Assembly: GCA_019923695.1 (NCBI GenBank)
Contig: JAHXGO010000004.1
Location: forward strand, 1-38,645
Length of the DNA stretch: 38,645 bases
Reading direction: 5' to 3'
Source: Candidatus Liptonbacteria bacterium
GTDB lineage: Bacteria; Patescibacteriota; Minisyncoccia; UBA6257; Colwellbacteraceae
Both the position numbers and the translations under genes were made by a program. Shown here in pieces: positions 8,827 through 15,950 of this stretch. A model generated the notes under the pieces. The model was not told where the DNA came from, ran no database searches, and saw only the letters and a program-made list of their open reading frames with translations. Numbering within the stretch: the stretch's first letter is position 1; each line of letters starts with the position of its first letter.

Positions 8827-9169
8827 TTTGTATAAAAGCTTTATAAATTAAAAAAAACGGAATTAAAAGCCAAATTAAATAACCAACAACAAATATTAGA
8901 ATAATCGCGGCATATAAAATTAACGCTGTTAAAACGCGAAAACCTCTAAAAAAAATACCGAGTAGATATCCAGCTAAATCGAAGCTCTGATATAGAGGAG
9001 CAAAAAAATATTTCAGAGTTATTTTCAAAGCCAGATAATGGTCAAGTTTTTCCAAAATAGAAATAACCAAACGACTCCAGATGGAAAAGCTTGAAAAATA
9101 CCAGTTTTTCAAAAAATCGAATAAAATCAAAAATATTTGATTACCCAGATAAAAAATAGCAGACTTCAT
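8819..9169 (-). CDS. small polytopic membrane protein (116 aa), hypothetical
   Basis: Three or four hydrophobic helices. An 8-nt overlap with the Clp-like gene suggests translational coupling. Confidence 0.65.
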   Translation of the reverse strand: MKSAIFYLGNQIFLILFDFLKNWYFSSFSIWSRLVISILEKLDHYLALKITLKYFFAPLYQSFDLAGYLLGIFFRGFRVLTALILYAAIILIFVVGYLIWLLIPFFLIYKAFIQNG

Positions 9170-9204
9170 TGTGATTTAAATTATAGCTATCTTTTTTAAA
9201 AAAT

Positions 9205-9245
9205 TATAGTAAAGCGAAACCTTGATATATCGAATTAAAGTTCTC
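9205..9245. repeat. palindromic dispersed element, copy 3 (type A); left arm of the inverted pair flanking the EndoQ-like gene
   Basis: TATAGTAAAGCGAAACCTTGATATATCGAATTAAAGTTCTC. Read on the minus strand the order is core, then TATAAT (9203-9208), then the ATG at 9169, which is a promoter-like arrangement. Confidence 0.75.
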
Positions 9246-9294
9246 TATAGCGAGTGGTAGGCCGCTCGATATATTGAGCCGGAGCTCACTATAG
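9246..9294. repeat. palindromic dispersed element, copy 4 (type B, GC-rich spacer)
   Basis: TATAGCGAGTGGTAGGCCGCTCGATATATTGAGCCGGAGCTCACTATAG. The core 9266-9277 is bracketed by TATAG on both sides and sits directly in tandem with copy 3. Confidence 0.7.
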
Positions 9295-9337
9295 GCGCGA
9301 AAAAGACGCAGTTTTAAAAAAGCGTGGTTTTCTTGGA

Positions 9338-10669
9338 TTATTTTTCGATTTTAGTCATTCCCTTACCGCTAAAAATACTAATTTTACCGTATTCTCCGTC
9401 ATAACCGGGTTTAATATCTAATTCTCCTTTTCTCATAATATCAATTCCTTTGGCGATTTTTTCGTTAATGGAATAAATTTCTTTAATCGGAATTTCCAAT
9501 AAAATTTTCAATTCGTTCCCAAAAATCTTAATAAATTTTTCGTATTCTTCTTGAACCTTTTTACTTTCAGCCCTAACCCCAAAGGCTTCAGCTATAATTT
9601 TGTCAAAAGAAACAAGGTTATAATAAGGAACATATCCATCGCAAGAGTGGAAGTTTCCCTTATTTTTAATTTTTATATTATGATTATCCGTTAATTGCTC
9701 AACTCGATTCATAACTCCGATAGTTAAAGATTTTCCGCATTCAGGACAAACGCCGTTATGTTTTTTTGTTTCTTCCGGCGAAAAAACAACTTGACAGAGT
9801 CGATGGCCGTCATAATGATATTTTCCTTCTTGAGGAAAATATTCTATTGTCGCCACAAATGTTGATTTGTATTGATTTAAAACTAATTTGCGTTGATTCG
9901 GTGAGCCGCTCTTAATTGCTTCTATAATTCCTTGATAAGATAATTTTGTGTCAAAAATATTGGCTTCACGGCCTATTTTTTGTAAAGAGTGAGAATCCGA
10001 ATTTGAAATTAAAGCAACTTTATCAAGTTGGGAAAGTCGCCAATTTGCAGAAGGATCGCTACTTAAGCCAGTTTCGACCGCAAAAATATATTTAGTATAA
10101 TCGCCAAAACATTCTTCAATTGAATTAAATCCTGACATTGAACCAAATACAGAAAACCAAGGAGTCCAAATATGACTTGGTATTAAAATACAATTATTAT
10201 CAATTTCTAAAACGATTTTTAATATTTCTAAAGAGCTTAACCCGACTATCGGCCGACCATCTGACAAAAGGTTACACTTTCTTCTTATTAATTCCGAGTT
10301 TATTTTTTCAACGATCGATAAATCAGGGGCAAAAATCAAATTATGAATTCTTCTTGTTTTTCTTCCTTGAGAATAAATACTTGAAATTTCCGTAGTTAAA
10401 ATAAATCTTACTTCGCTTACAACCCCTTTTAATTTATAAAGACCGGGTTCAGCTGGCTCTAATTTTTCTTTAATTTCAATCAACCAACGCGGATGAGTAA
10501 AATCACTGGTGCCAATTACTTTAATTCCTTTTTTTTGACACCATAAATTTATATTCTCTAAGGTCATTTTTTTGGAAACCGCCCGAGAATAAGGAGAATG
10601 AATATGAAAGTCAGCAACAACGAGCCTTGAATTCGATATATCAAGGTTTTGCTTTGTTATAAATTTCAT
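9338..10669 (-). CDS. endonuclease Q-like PHP-domain nuclease (443 aa)
   Basis: N-terminal PHP motif VADFHIHSPYSRAVSK, later SDSHS, and a Cys cluster C...CPECGK resembling the EndoQ zinc finger. The family call rests on motif recall, not on a search. Confidence 0.7.
   Translation of the reverse strand: MKFITKQNLDISNSRLVVADFHIHSPYSRAVSKKMTLENINLWCQKKGIKVIGTSDFTHPRWLIEIKEKLEPAEPGLYKLKGVVSEVRFILTTEISSIYSQGRKTRRIHNLIFAPDLSIVEKINSELIRRKCNLLSDGRPIVGLSSLEILKIVLEIDNNCILIPSHIWTPWFSVFGSMSGFNSIEECFGDYTKYIFAVETGLSSDPSANWRLSQLDKVALISNSDSHSLQKIGREANIFDTKLSYQGIIEAIKSGSPNQRKLVLNQYKSTFVATIEYFPQEGKYHYDGHRLCQVVFSPEETKKHNGVCPECGKSLTIGVMNRVEQLTDNHNIKIKNKGNFHSCDGYVPYYNLVSFDKIIAEAFGVRAESKKVQEEYEKFIKIFGNELKILLEIPIKEIYSINEKIAKGIDIMRKGELDIKPGYDGEYGKISIFSGKGMTKIEK
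10622..10662. repeat. palindromic dispersed element, copy 5 (type A, inverted); right arm of the pair flanking the EndoQ-like gene
   Basis: The reverse complement reads TTATAACAAAGCAAAACCTTGATATATCGAATTCAAGGCTC. It shares an identical 20-nt block, AAACCTTGATATATCGAATT, with copy 3. It encodes residues 3-16 of the EndoQ-like protein. Confidence 0.75.
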
Positions 10670-10683
10670 AATAATTTAAAAAA

Positions 10684-12351
10684 TTAAAATAAATTTAAGG
10701 AAGCCAAGTCCGCTTCTTTCATTGTTTTAAGACAATCGTATTTATAGTCGTCTTTTATCGCTTTAGCCAAATGTTCTCCTCCCAAAAAATGAGGCAAGAG
10801 AACATAATCAGCGCCAAGTTTATAAAATTCTTGAGCGCTCCACTCATTATTAGCGGTTAAAATAATCTTTGTTTGAGAGTTAATTCTTTTAACGGTTTCA
10901 AAAATCGCAACATTATCACCAAAAGAGGGAGCGGTGGAAATAATTAATTTAGCTTTTGAAAATCCGGCTAATTGTTGAGTTTCTTCGTCAGAGGCATCGC
11001 CAAATAAAATATTTACTCCTTTATTTTTCAATTTTTCCACTATTTTTGGGTCAAAATCCACCACTATAAATTGTTGGCCTGTTTCTAAAAGAGCTTTTAA
11101 GATGCCTTGACCTAATCGATGAGCGCCGATAAGAATAATATGATTGGAAAATACCGTTGTTCTATCAATTTCCTCTTTTTTTCTTCTAAATTCAAATAAA
11201 ACAAGAAATTTTTTAAGCTTGTTGTAAATCCAATCATTGTAAATAATTAAATATGAAGAAATAAAAATGGTGATTATACCAACCATTATCACTAAAGAAA
11301 CGTCTCCCGGAGAAACATGACCAATAGCTAATCCTAAAGCCATAATAATAAAACCAAACTCGGAAATTTGCGCTACTGTTAAGCTGGTTGAAAAAGAAGT
11401 TTTAGAGCGATAACCTAGAAAACTCATAATGATTAAGACAATCAAAGGGTTGCCGATTAAAACAAAAAGAGAAAGCAGTAAGGCATGAGGAATATTAACT
11501 AAACTTCCAGCTACTAATTGGGCTCCTAAACCGACAAAAAATAAAATAATAAAAAAATCTCTTAAGGGGCGAAGCTTTATCCCAATTTGAAAATGTTCAG
11601 AAGAATTTGCCAAAGCCAGCCCCGCTAAAAAGCCGCCAATTTCCTTTGAAAGCCCTATTAAAGGCGAATTTACCAAAGCGGCGATTCCCAATGACCAACC
11701 TAAACTAAACAAGAAAAGCAGTTCCGGAGAAGAACCGATAAAATGAAGAACCTTTGGTAAAAAATAAGAAACTAAAATCGTCAGACCGAAGAGAACAAAG
11801 CCTTTGATTAAAGTTATCACAAAATTCATTCCAGATCCTCCCTCGGCTTGTAATCCGGCAAGAAATATCAATATTAAAATTGCCACAAAGTCCTGAACTA
11901 ATAAAAACCCCACTGAAATCCGGCCATAAAGACTATTCAAATCTCCTTTTTCCGATAAGAGTTTGATAATGATGATAGTTGATGAAAAAGTCAGCGCAAT
12001 AGCAATATATATAGCAGGTAAAAAAGAAAAGCCGAGATAAGTAATAATTAAAAAACCGACAATAAAAGTAAATATAATTTGTCCTAATCCGGTTAAAAGA
12101 GAAACCAAACCAACGTGTTTCAACTCTTTAAAATTCATTTCTAAACCAACAATAAACAAAAGAAGAGTTATCCCTATTGAAGCCAAACTTTCAATAGCCT
12201 CTAAACTTCCGATTTCAAAAATAGCCAAAGAGCCGATGACAAAACCAGCAATCATAAATCCAATAATTGCTGGTTGTTTTAATAGATGGGCGACAAAACC
12301 AAAAGCGGCCGCAACAACAATCGCAATTATTACTATTTCATAAAGTGTCAT
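10684..12351 (-). CDS. CPA2-family cation:proton antiporter with C-terminal TrkA-N/RCK domain (Kef-type)
   Basis: About 12 TM helices of the Na_H_Exchanger type, followed by a Rossmann motif IILIGAHRLGQGI...VVDFD. Confidence 0.88.
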   Translation of the reverse strand: MTLYEIVIIAIVVAAAFGFVAHLLKQPAIIGFMIAGFVIGSLAIFEIGSLEAIESLASIGITLLLFIVGLEMNFKELKHVGLVSLLTGLGQIIFTFIVGFLIITYLGFSFLPAIYIAIALTFSSTIIIIKLLSEKGDLNSLYGRISVGFLLVQDFVAILILIFLAGLQAEGGSGMNFVITLIKGFVLFGLTILVSYFLPKVLHFIGSSPELLFLFSLGWSLGIAALVNSPLIGLSKEIGGFLAGLALANSSEHFQIGIKLRPLRDFFIILFFVGLGAQLVAGSLVNIPHALLLSLFVLIGNPLIVLIIMSFLGYRSKTSFSTSLTVAQISEFGFIIMALGLAIGHVSPGDVSLVIMVGIITIFISSYLIIYNDWIYNKLKKFLVLFEFRRKKEEIDRTTVFSNHIILIGAHRLGQGILKALLETGQQFIVVDFDPKIVEKLKNKGVNILFGDASDEETQQLAGFSKAKLIISTAPSFGDNVAIFETVKRINSQTKIILTANNEWSAQEFYKLGADYVLLPHFLGGEHLAKAIKDDYKYDCLKTMKEADLASLNLF

Positions 12352-12668
12352 AAAAAATATTATATAATAAAAATACTAAGGATAAAACCTTATTCAGTTT
12401 TGATTTTTCAGGTTTTTCTTTTTCTGTTGATTTATAAGTTCTTTTTTCTGTTTTTTTAAAGTTTCTTGTTTTTCTCTTAGTTTTTCTAATTTGTCTTTTT
12501 CTTTATTAAAAAATATTATAACATTTTCAAAGAAAAAAAATAGCAATTTACAAGAATAACAAATTAAGAAATTATTTGGTAATATAAAAATAGACGAATC
12601 GTATTTCGGTTCAATGTATAAAATTTATGACATCGTTGCAAGATCAGCAACTTAAACTGCCTCAAGAA

Positions 12669-12690
12669 CGCAAAATTGGGTGGACTCATA
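12669..12690 (+). repeat. upstream module Y, copy at the ferritin-like gene
   Basis: CGCAAAATTGGGTGGACTCATA matches 20848-20869 at 21/22 positions. Confidence 0.8.
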
Positions 12691-12712
12691 TAATTTTTTG
12701 AAAAATTATATG
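12687..12712 (+). promoter_or_regulatory. perfect 12-bp AT-rich hairpin overlapping the 3' end of module Y
   Basis: CATATAATTTTT, loop TG, AAAAATTATATG. It lies about 65 nt upstream of the ATG at 12778. The function (attenuator or operator) is unknown. Confidence 0.3.
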
Positions 12713-12777
12713 TATGTTGTATAATATAAAAAAGTCGTTGAATAAAAAGATAAATATAATAAAAAAATAAATATAAT

Positions 12778-13056
12778 ATGCTTTCACAATTTCCTATAAA
12801 TTTGGAAAAAGTTAGAAAAGAAGACATTAATAAAGAAATTTTGCGTTTAGGGATGATAGCTGAACTTGATGCAGTTAGTTTGTATGAACAATTAGCTTCT
12901 TATACCGATAATCAAACTCTTAAAAAAGTTTTGCTTGATATTGCTAAAGAAGAAAAAACTCATATTGGCGAATTTCAAGCTCTTTTATTAATGTTGGATG
13001 AAGAGCAAGTTCAAGAACTTAAAAAAGGCAAAAAAGAAATAGAAGAGATGCTTTAA
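12778..13056 (+). CDS. small ferritin-like di-iron protein, EncFtn/rubrerythrin-like (92 aa)
   Basis: AELDAVSLYEQL and KEEKTHIGEF reproduce the Glu ... ExxH metal-ligand pattern of encapsulated-ferritin-like proteins. No encapsulin shell gene is nearby. Confidence 0.65.
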   Translation: MLSQFPINLEKVRKEDINKEILRLGMIAELDAVSLYEQLASYTDNQTLKKVLLDIAKEEKTHIGEFQALLLMLDEEQVQELKKGKKEIEEML

Positions 13057-13060
13057 TAAT

Positions 13061-13636
13061 ATGAAATGTCCGAAGTGTAAAACAATAGAGTTGAAAAAAG
13101 CAAAAATTGCCGGAATTAGTATTGATTGCTGTCAAAAATGCAAAGGTATTTGGTTTGGAAAAGACGAATTAAGAATTGTCAAAGATAAAAAACTAAAAAA
13201 GGCTCGCTGGTTGGACGCCGAGCTTAAGGTTAAAAGCTTGGATTGGTTTAAATTTGATTTATGGAATAATAAAAAGAAATTTAAACTTTTGCGGGCTAAA
13301 AGAAAATGTCCGTCTTGTAAGGTTCCCTTAACTGAAGTCGGGTATATGGATTCGGATATTAAAATTGACGCTTGCGGGATATGTTGGGGGGTTTGGCTTG
13401 ATAAAGGAGAATTTAAAAGAATTATTGAATATGTTAAAAATAAGGCTGATTATAAAATTATCAATAATTTTTTTAAAAATTTTGTTCAGGAAACAGCCGA
13501 AGTTTTTGTTGGTCCAGAAAATATTTTTTCCGAAATAGAAGATGTTTTGGTTATGATAAGTCTTTTAAAATACAAGTTTATGGCTCAACATCCTTTTTTG
13601 TCTAAACTTTTTATGAATTTGCCTCTTTCAAAATAA
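13061..13636 (+). CDS. double zinc-ribbon protein (two zf-TFIIB-like CxxC...CxxC modules), hypothetical
   Basis: CPKCK...CCQKCKGIWFGKDEL and CPSCK...CGICWGVWLDKGEF. It starts 4 nt after the ferritin-like gene. Confidence 0.7.
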   Translation: MKCPKCKTIELKKAKIAGISIDCCQKCKGIWFGKDELRIVKDKKLKKARWLDAELKVKSLDWFKFDLWNNKKKFKLLRAKRKCPSCKVPLTEVGYMDSDIKIDACGICWGVWLDKGEFKRIIEYVKNKADYKIINNFFKNFVQETAEVFVGPENIFSEIEDVLVMISLLKYKFMAQHPFLSKLFMNLPLSK

Positions 13637-13670
13637 AGCATATTCCGTAGTATAATTCTAAAAAACTAAC

Positions 13671-13689
13671 TTCTAATTATTAGAATTTT
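13671..13689 (+). terminator. weak AT-rich terminator candidate
   Basis: TTCTAAT, T, ATTAGAA, followed by TTTT. Confidence 0.25.
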
Positions 13690-13821
13690 GTTGTTGAGAT
13701 AAAATAAAAAATAAGGGTCAGGTTAAATTAATTATTTAATTCTGATGTGAACTAATCTAATAACTGGCATTAGGATTATACTATTGGGTATGAAAAACTT
13801 TCCCAATCTTCAAAAAAAGAC

Positions 13822-14178
13822 TTGCCTTATCCGCCATTTTGGACAGAAGAATACAAAGCTATAAAATTTGATAGGCACATGGATTATAGTGGTTTAAACA
13901 TCGATGGTATTGCACATTATGCTTCTAGGTATAGAGAAACGCGAAGTGTGCTAGAAAGTATTATCAAAACCGCAAAAAGAAACCCAGATGGGACTTACTC
14001 TTACAAAACACTAGATGGAAAGGATATGAATATTCCAGAAGAATCTTATCAGGAATTTCAAATAAGAGATAATTGGACAGAAAACAACAAAAACGGTACT
14101 CCCGCTTTAACAAAAGTAGAAGCAATAACTACCGCTAAAACGTTTGAAGTATTTTTGAAAAGTAAAGGTTTAGTTTAG
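13822..14178 (+). CDS. hypothetical protein (118 aa)
   Basis: Open frame with a TTG start and no motif I recognise. An upstream ATG at 13790 would join this frame if the A7 run (13812-13818) were A8. Confidence 0.5.
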   Translation: MPYPPFWTEEYKAIKFDRHMDYSGLNIDGIAHYASRYRETRSVLESIIKTAKRNPDGTYSYKTLDGKDMNIPEESYQEFQIRDNWTENNKNGTPALTKVEAITTAKTFEVFLKSKGLV

Positions 14179-14267
14179 GCTCCTAATTTTAGTAGTAAAA
14201 GATGCTAAAAATACCAAGGAGGTGTATAATTAATTTAAGGTCTTTTATTAAAATTAAATAAAAAACT

Positions 14268-14933
14268 ATGCGTGCACTTGCAACTGTTTATAAATGTTCG
14301 AATTGTTCATCTCCAATTAGAGGAATTGAATTTTTAAGTGGCAACACAATAGGAGGAGTTACGTATTCTGATACATACATGAAAGCTTCAATGAAAATGC
14401 CAGAGGGTTATGAGTATATAGGTTGTTTAAATTGTAAAAGTGTTTCTCACAAAAAAGATCTTGAGGTTTTAGAGCAACATGAGAAAATGACTAATGAAGA
14501 AAGTGTCAAATATAAAACTTTTCCTGATCCATTGTCACATTTTGAAATGCTAAAAATTTTATTAGAAAACCAAAAATTTTCTACTGAAAATCAGAAAGCC
14601 TTCACTCTTTGGTATTTATGGGCTTTTAATCATAAAATTACATCTGAACAGAAACAAGAAGAGATGGACAATAGCAATTATAAAAAATACACTGACAAAC
14701 TGGTAGAAATTCTTGAAGCTGAAAAAGACAATGTTAATTCAATGGTTTTGAAAGCTGAAATATTAAGAGAAAGAGGAGAATTTGATGAAGCAGAAAAAAT
14801 ATTGGATTCCGTTGATCAATCAAAATTTACTTCCATAAAGATCAAATATGTTTTTGAAGAAATGAAAAAGAAAATTGCCCAAAAAGATCCTGCTATTTTT
14901 GAGGCTGAACAAAAACCAGAGTTTATAAAGTAA
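14268..14933 (+). CDS. hypothetical protein with N-terminal CxxC...CxxC zinc ribbon and helical C-terminal half (221 aa)
   Basis: CSNCSS ... CLNCKS, then a helical, TPR-like tail (AEILRERGEFDEAEKILDSV). Confidence 0.6.
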   Translation: MRALATVYKCSNCSSPIRGIEFLSGNTIGGVTYSDTYMKASMKMPEGYEYIGCLNCKSVSHKKDLEVLEQHEKMTNEESVKYKTFPDPLSHFEMLKILLENQKFSTENQKAFTLWYLWAFNHKITSEQKQEEMDNSNYKKYTDKLVEILEAEKDNVNSMVLKAEILRERGEFDEAEKILDSVDQSKFTSIKIKYVFEEMKKKIAQKDPAIFEAEQKPEFIK

Positions 14934-14976
14934 TTTTTATTGCTATTAGCAATCGTGGAAAGTGTGCTAGAATAAA

Positions 14977-15534
14977 TTATTCTTTTGGGAAATATTTATC
15001 TTTCAAAAATTCTGTAAAATCTCTCATCTCTTTTCTGTATAGTTCAAGTTTTTGTTTTTGTTCTTTTAGAATAAGCATTGACCACATCTCTCCTCCAAAA
15101 TTCTGGACGCGAAACCAACCATAAGCACCGACTTTATCAAAAGTCAGGCGTGCATCAAAGGGAGTTTCTCGATCTTTGTAAAACTGTTCAAGAAAACTCA
15201 TCATTTTTTGTTGTTGCTTTAAATTCTCTATAGTCCATGCTTTTTGTTTTTTTTCACTCTCTTTCCAACCATCTGGTTCGGGAGCATAGACCTCAATCCA
15301 CGGATATGGTAAACCGTGTTTGTCTTCTCCCTTCTCAGTAAGATGTCCTTCACAAGACCCACTTGTAGTAAATTCGTGGATCAAAAATGTGGCGACAGAT
15401 TCTTTTATTTTTTCATCAACTCCTTTACCAAGGCTATTTGTTATTTCGTTTACTTCTGTCAACCTTCGTTCCCAAACAATTTTTTGATCAGATTTTTCTT
15501 GTTTATCTTGTATTAGGAATCCTTTCGTTTTCAT
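14977..15534 (-). CDS. hypothetical protein (185 aa)
   Basis: Open frame. TATAAT lies 11 nt upstream of the ATG. The conserved-looking segment TTSGSCEGH...GLPYPWIEVY matches no family I recognise. Confidence 0.6.
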   Translation of the reverse strand: MKTKGFLIQDKQEKSDQKIVWERRLTEVNEITNSLGKGVDEKIKESVATFLIHEFTTSGSCEGHLTEKGEDKHGLPYPWIEVYAPEPDGWKESEKKQKAWTIENLKQQQKMMSFLEQFYKDRETPFDARLTFDKVGAYGWFRVQNFGGEMWSMLILKEQKQKLELYRKEMRDFTEFLKDKYFPKE

Positions 15535-15615
15535 AAATACAATATATTATAAAATCGTTATGAGTAGCAAAAAAACTTTCTTCCCCAATAGCTCACTTCC
15601 TGCCATTTGAGTCGT

Positions 15616-15767
15616 TGCCCCGCCTCACTGCCCGAATACTTGGAGGGTAGAACACCAAAGAAAAAATGTTCCTTGCTTTTTTGTTTTGCGCGGGATGGGG
15701 ATTTTTAAAAATTGAAAGAACATTTTTTCTTTGGTGTTTGCCGACCAGAGGGAGACGAGAGGCGGGG
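15616..15767. ncRNA. G+C-rich rod-like hairpin; candidate structured RNA (6S-like architecture) or palindromic element
   Basis: Outer stem: CCCCGCCTC (15617-15625) pairs with GAGGCGGGG (15758-15766). Inner stem: perfect 21 bp, 15650-15670 with 15717-15737. Between them are internal loops of about 24 and 20 nt with short CCC/GGG and TTGG/CCAG pairings. The AT-rich apical loop is 46 nt. The region is visibly more G+C-rich than neighbouring intergenic DNA. The strand is undetermined. Confidence 0.4.
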
Positions 15768-15788
15768 TCTCGTTTAGTTCGTTTGTAG

Positions 15789-15871
15789 TGGGCGAGGAGA
15801 GAGTCGAACTCTCATGACCTTGCGGCCAATGGATTTTGAGTCCATCGCGTCTGCCATTCCGCCACTCGCCC
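15789..15871 (-). tRNA. tRNA-Leu (anticodon CAA)
   Basis: Manual fold of the minus strand. Acceptor stem GGGCGAG/CTCGCCC; 3-bp D stem; anticodon stem ATGGA/TCCAT with loop CTCAAAA; long variable arm TGGCCGCAAGGTCA (class II); T arm GAGAG-TTCGACT-CTCTC; discriminator A. CCA is not encoded. Confidence 0.9.
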
Positions 15872-15881
15872 ATTTCCCCTG

Positions 15882-15913
15882 TTGATAATATCATCAGAAA
15901 ATTATATAGTAAA
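15882..15913. promoter_or_regulatory. overlapping divergent promoter candidates for tRNA-Leu (-) and parB (+)
   Basis: Plus strand: TTGATA (15882-15887), 17 nt, TATAGT (15905-15910). Minus strand: TTTACT (15913-15908), 17 nt, TATTAT (15890-15885), about 13 nt upstream of the tRNA 5' end. Confidence 0.35.
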
Positions 15914-15950
15914 TATATTATTTTTTTGAATTAAAATAAATTATAAAAAA

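Noticed and set aside
12394-12546. 50-codon minus-strand ORF upstream of the Kef-type gene (MLFFFFENVIIFFNKEKDKLEKLREKQETLKKQKKELINQQKKKNLKNQN)
   Set aside because: It has only a TTG start, no SD, and crosses a T8 run. The Lys/Glu-rich reading is what any A-rich strand gives. It could be a real small protein, but I cannot support it.
13640-15871. tRNA-Leu-associated genomic island or prophage remnant
   Set aside because: There is no integrase or recombinase. I found no direct repeat of the tRNA 3' end near 13.6 kb. I saw no obvious compositional break. I kept it only as a low-confidence accessory block.
15625-15894. 89-aa minus-strand ORF
   Set aside because: It runs straight through tRNA-Leu and the G+C-rich hairpin. 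Its open frame is a by-product of the local composition.
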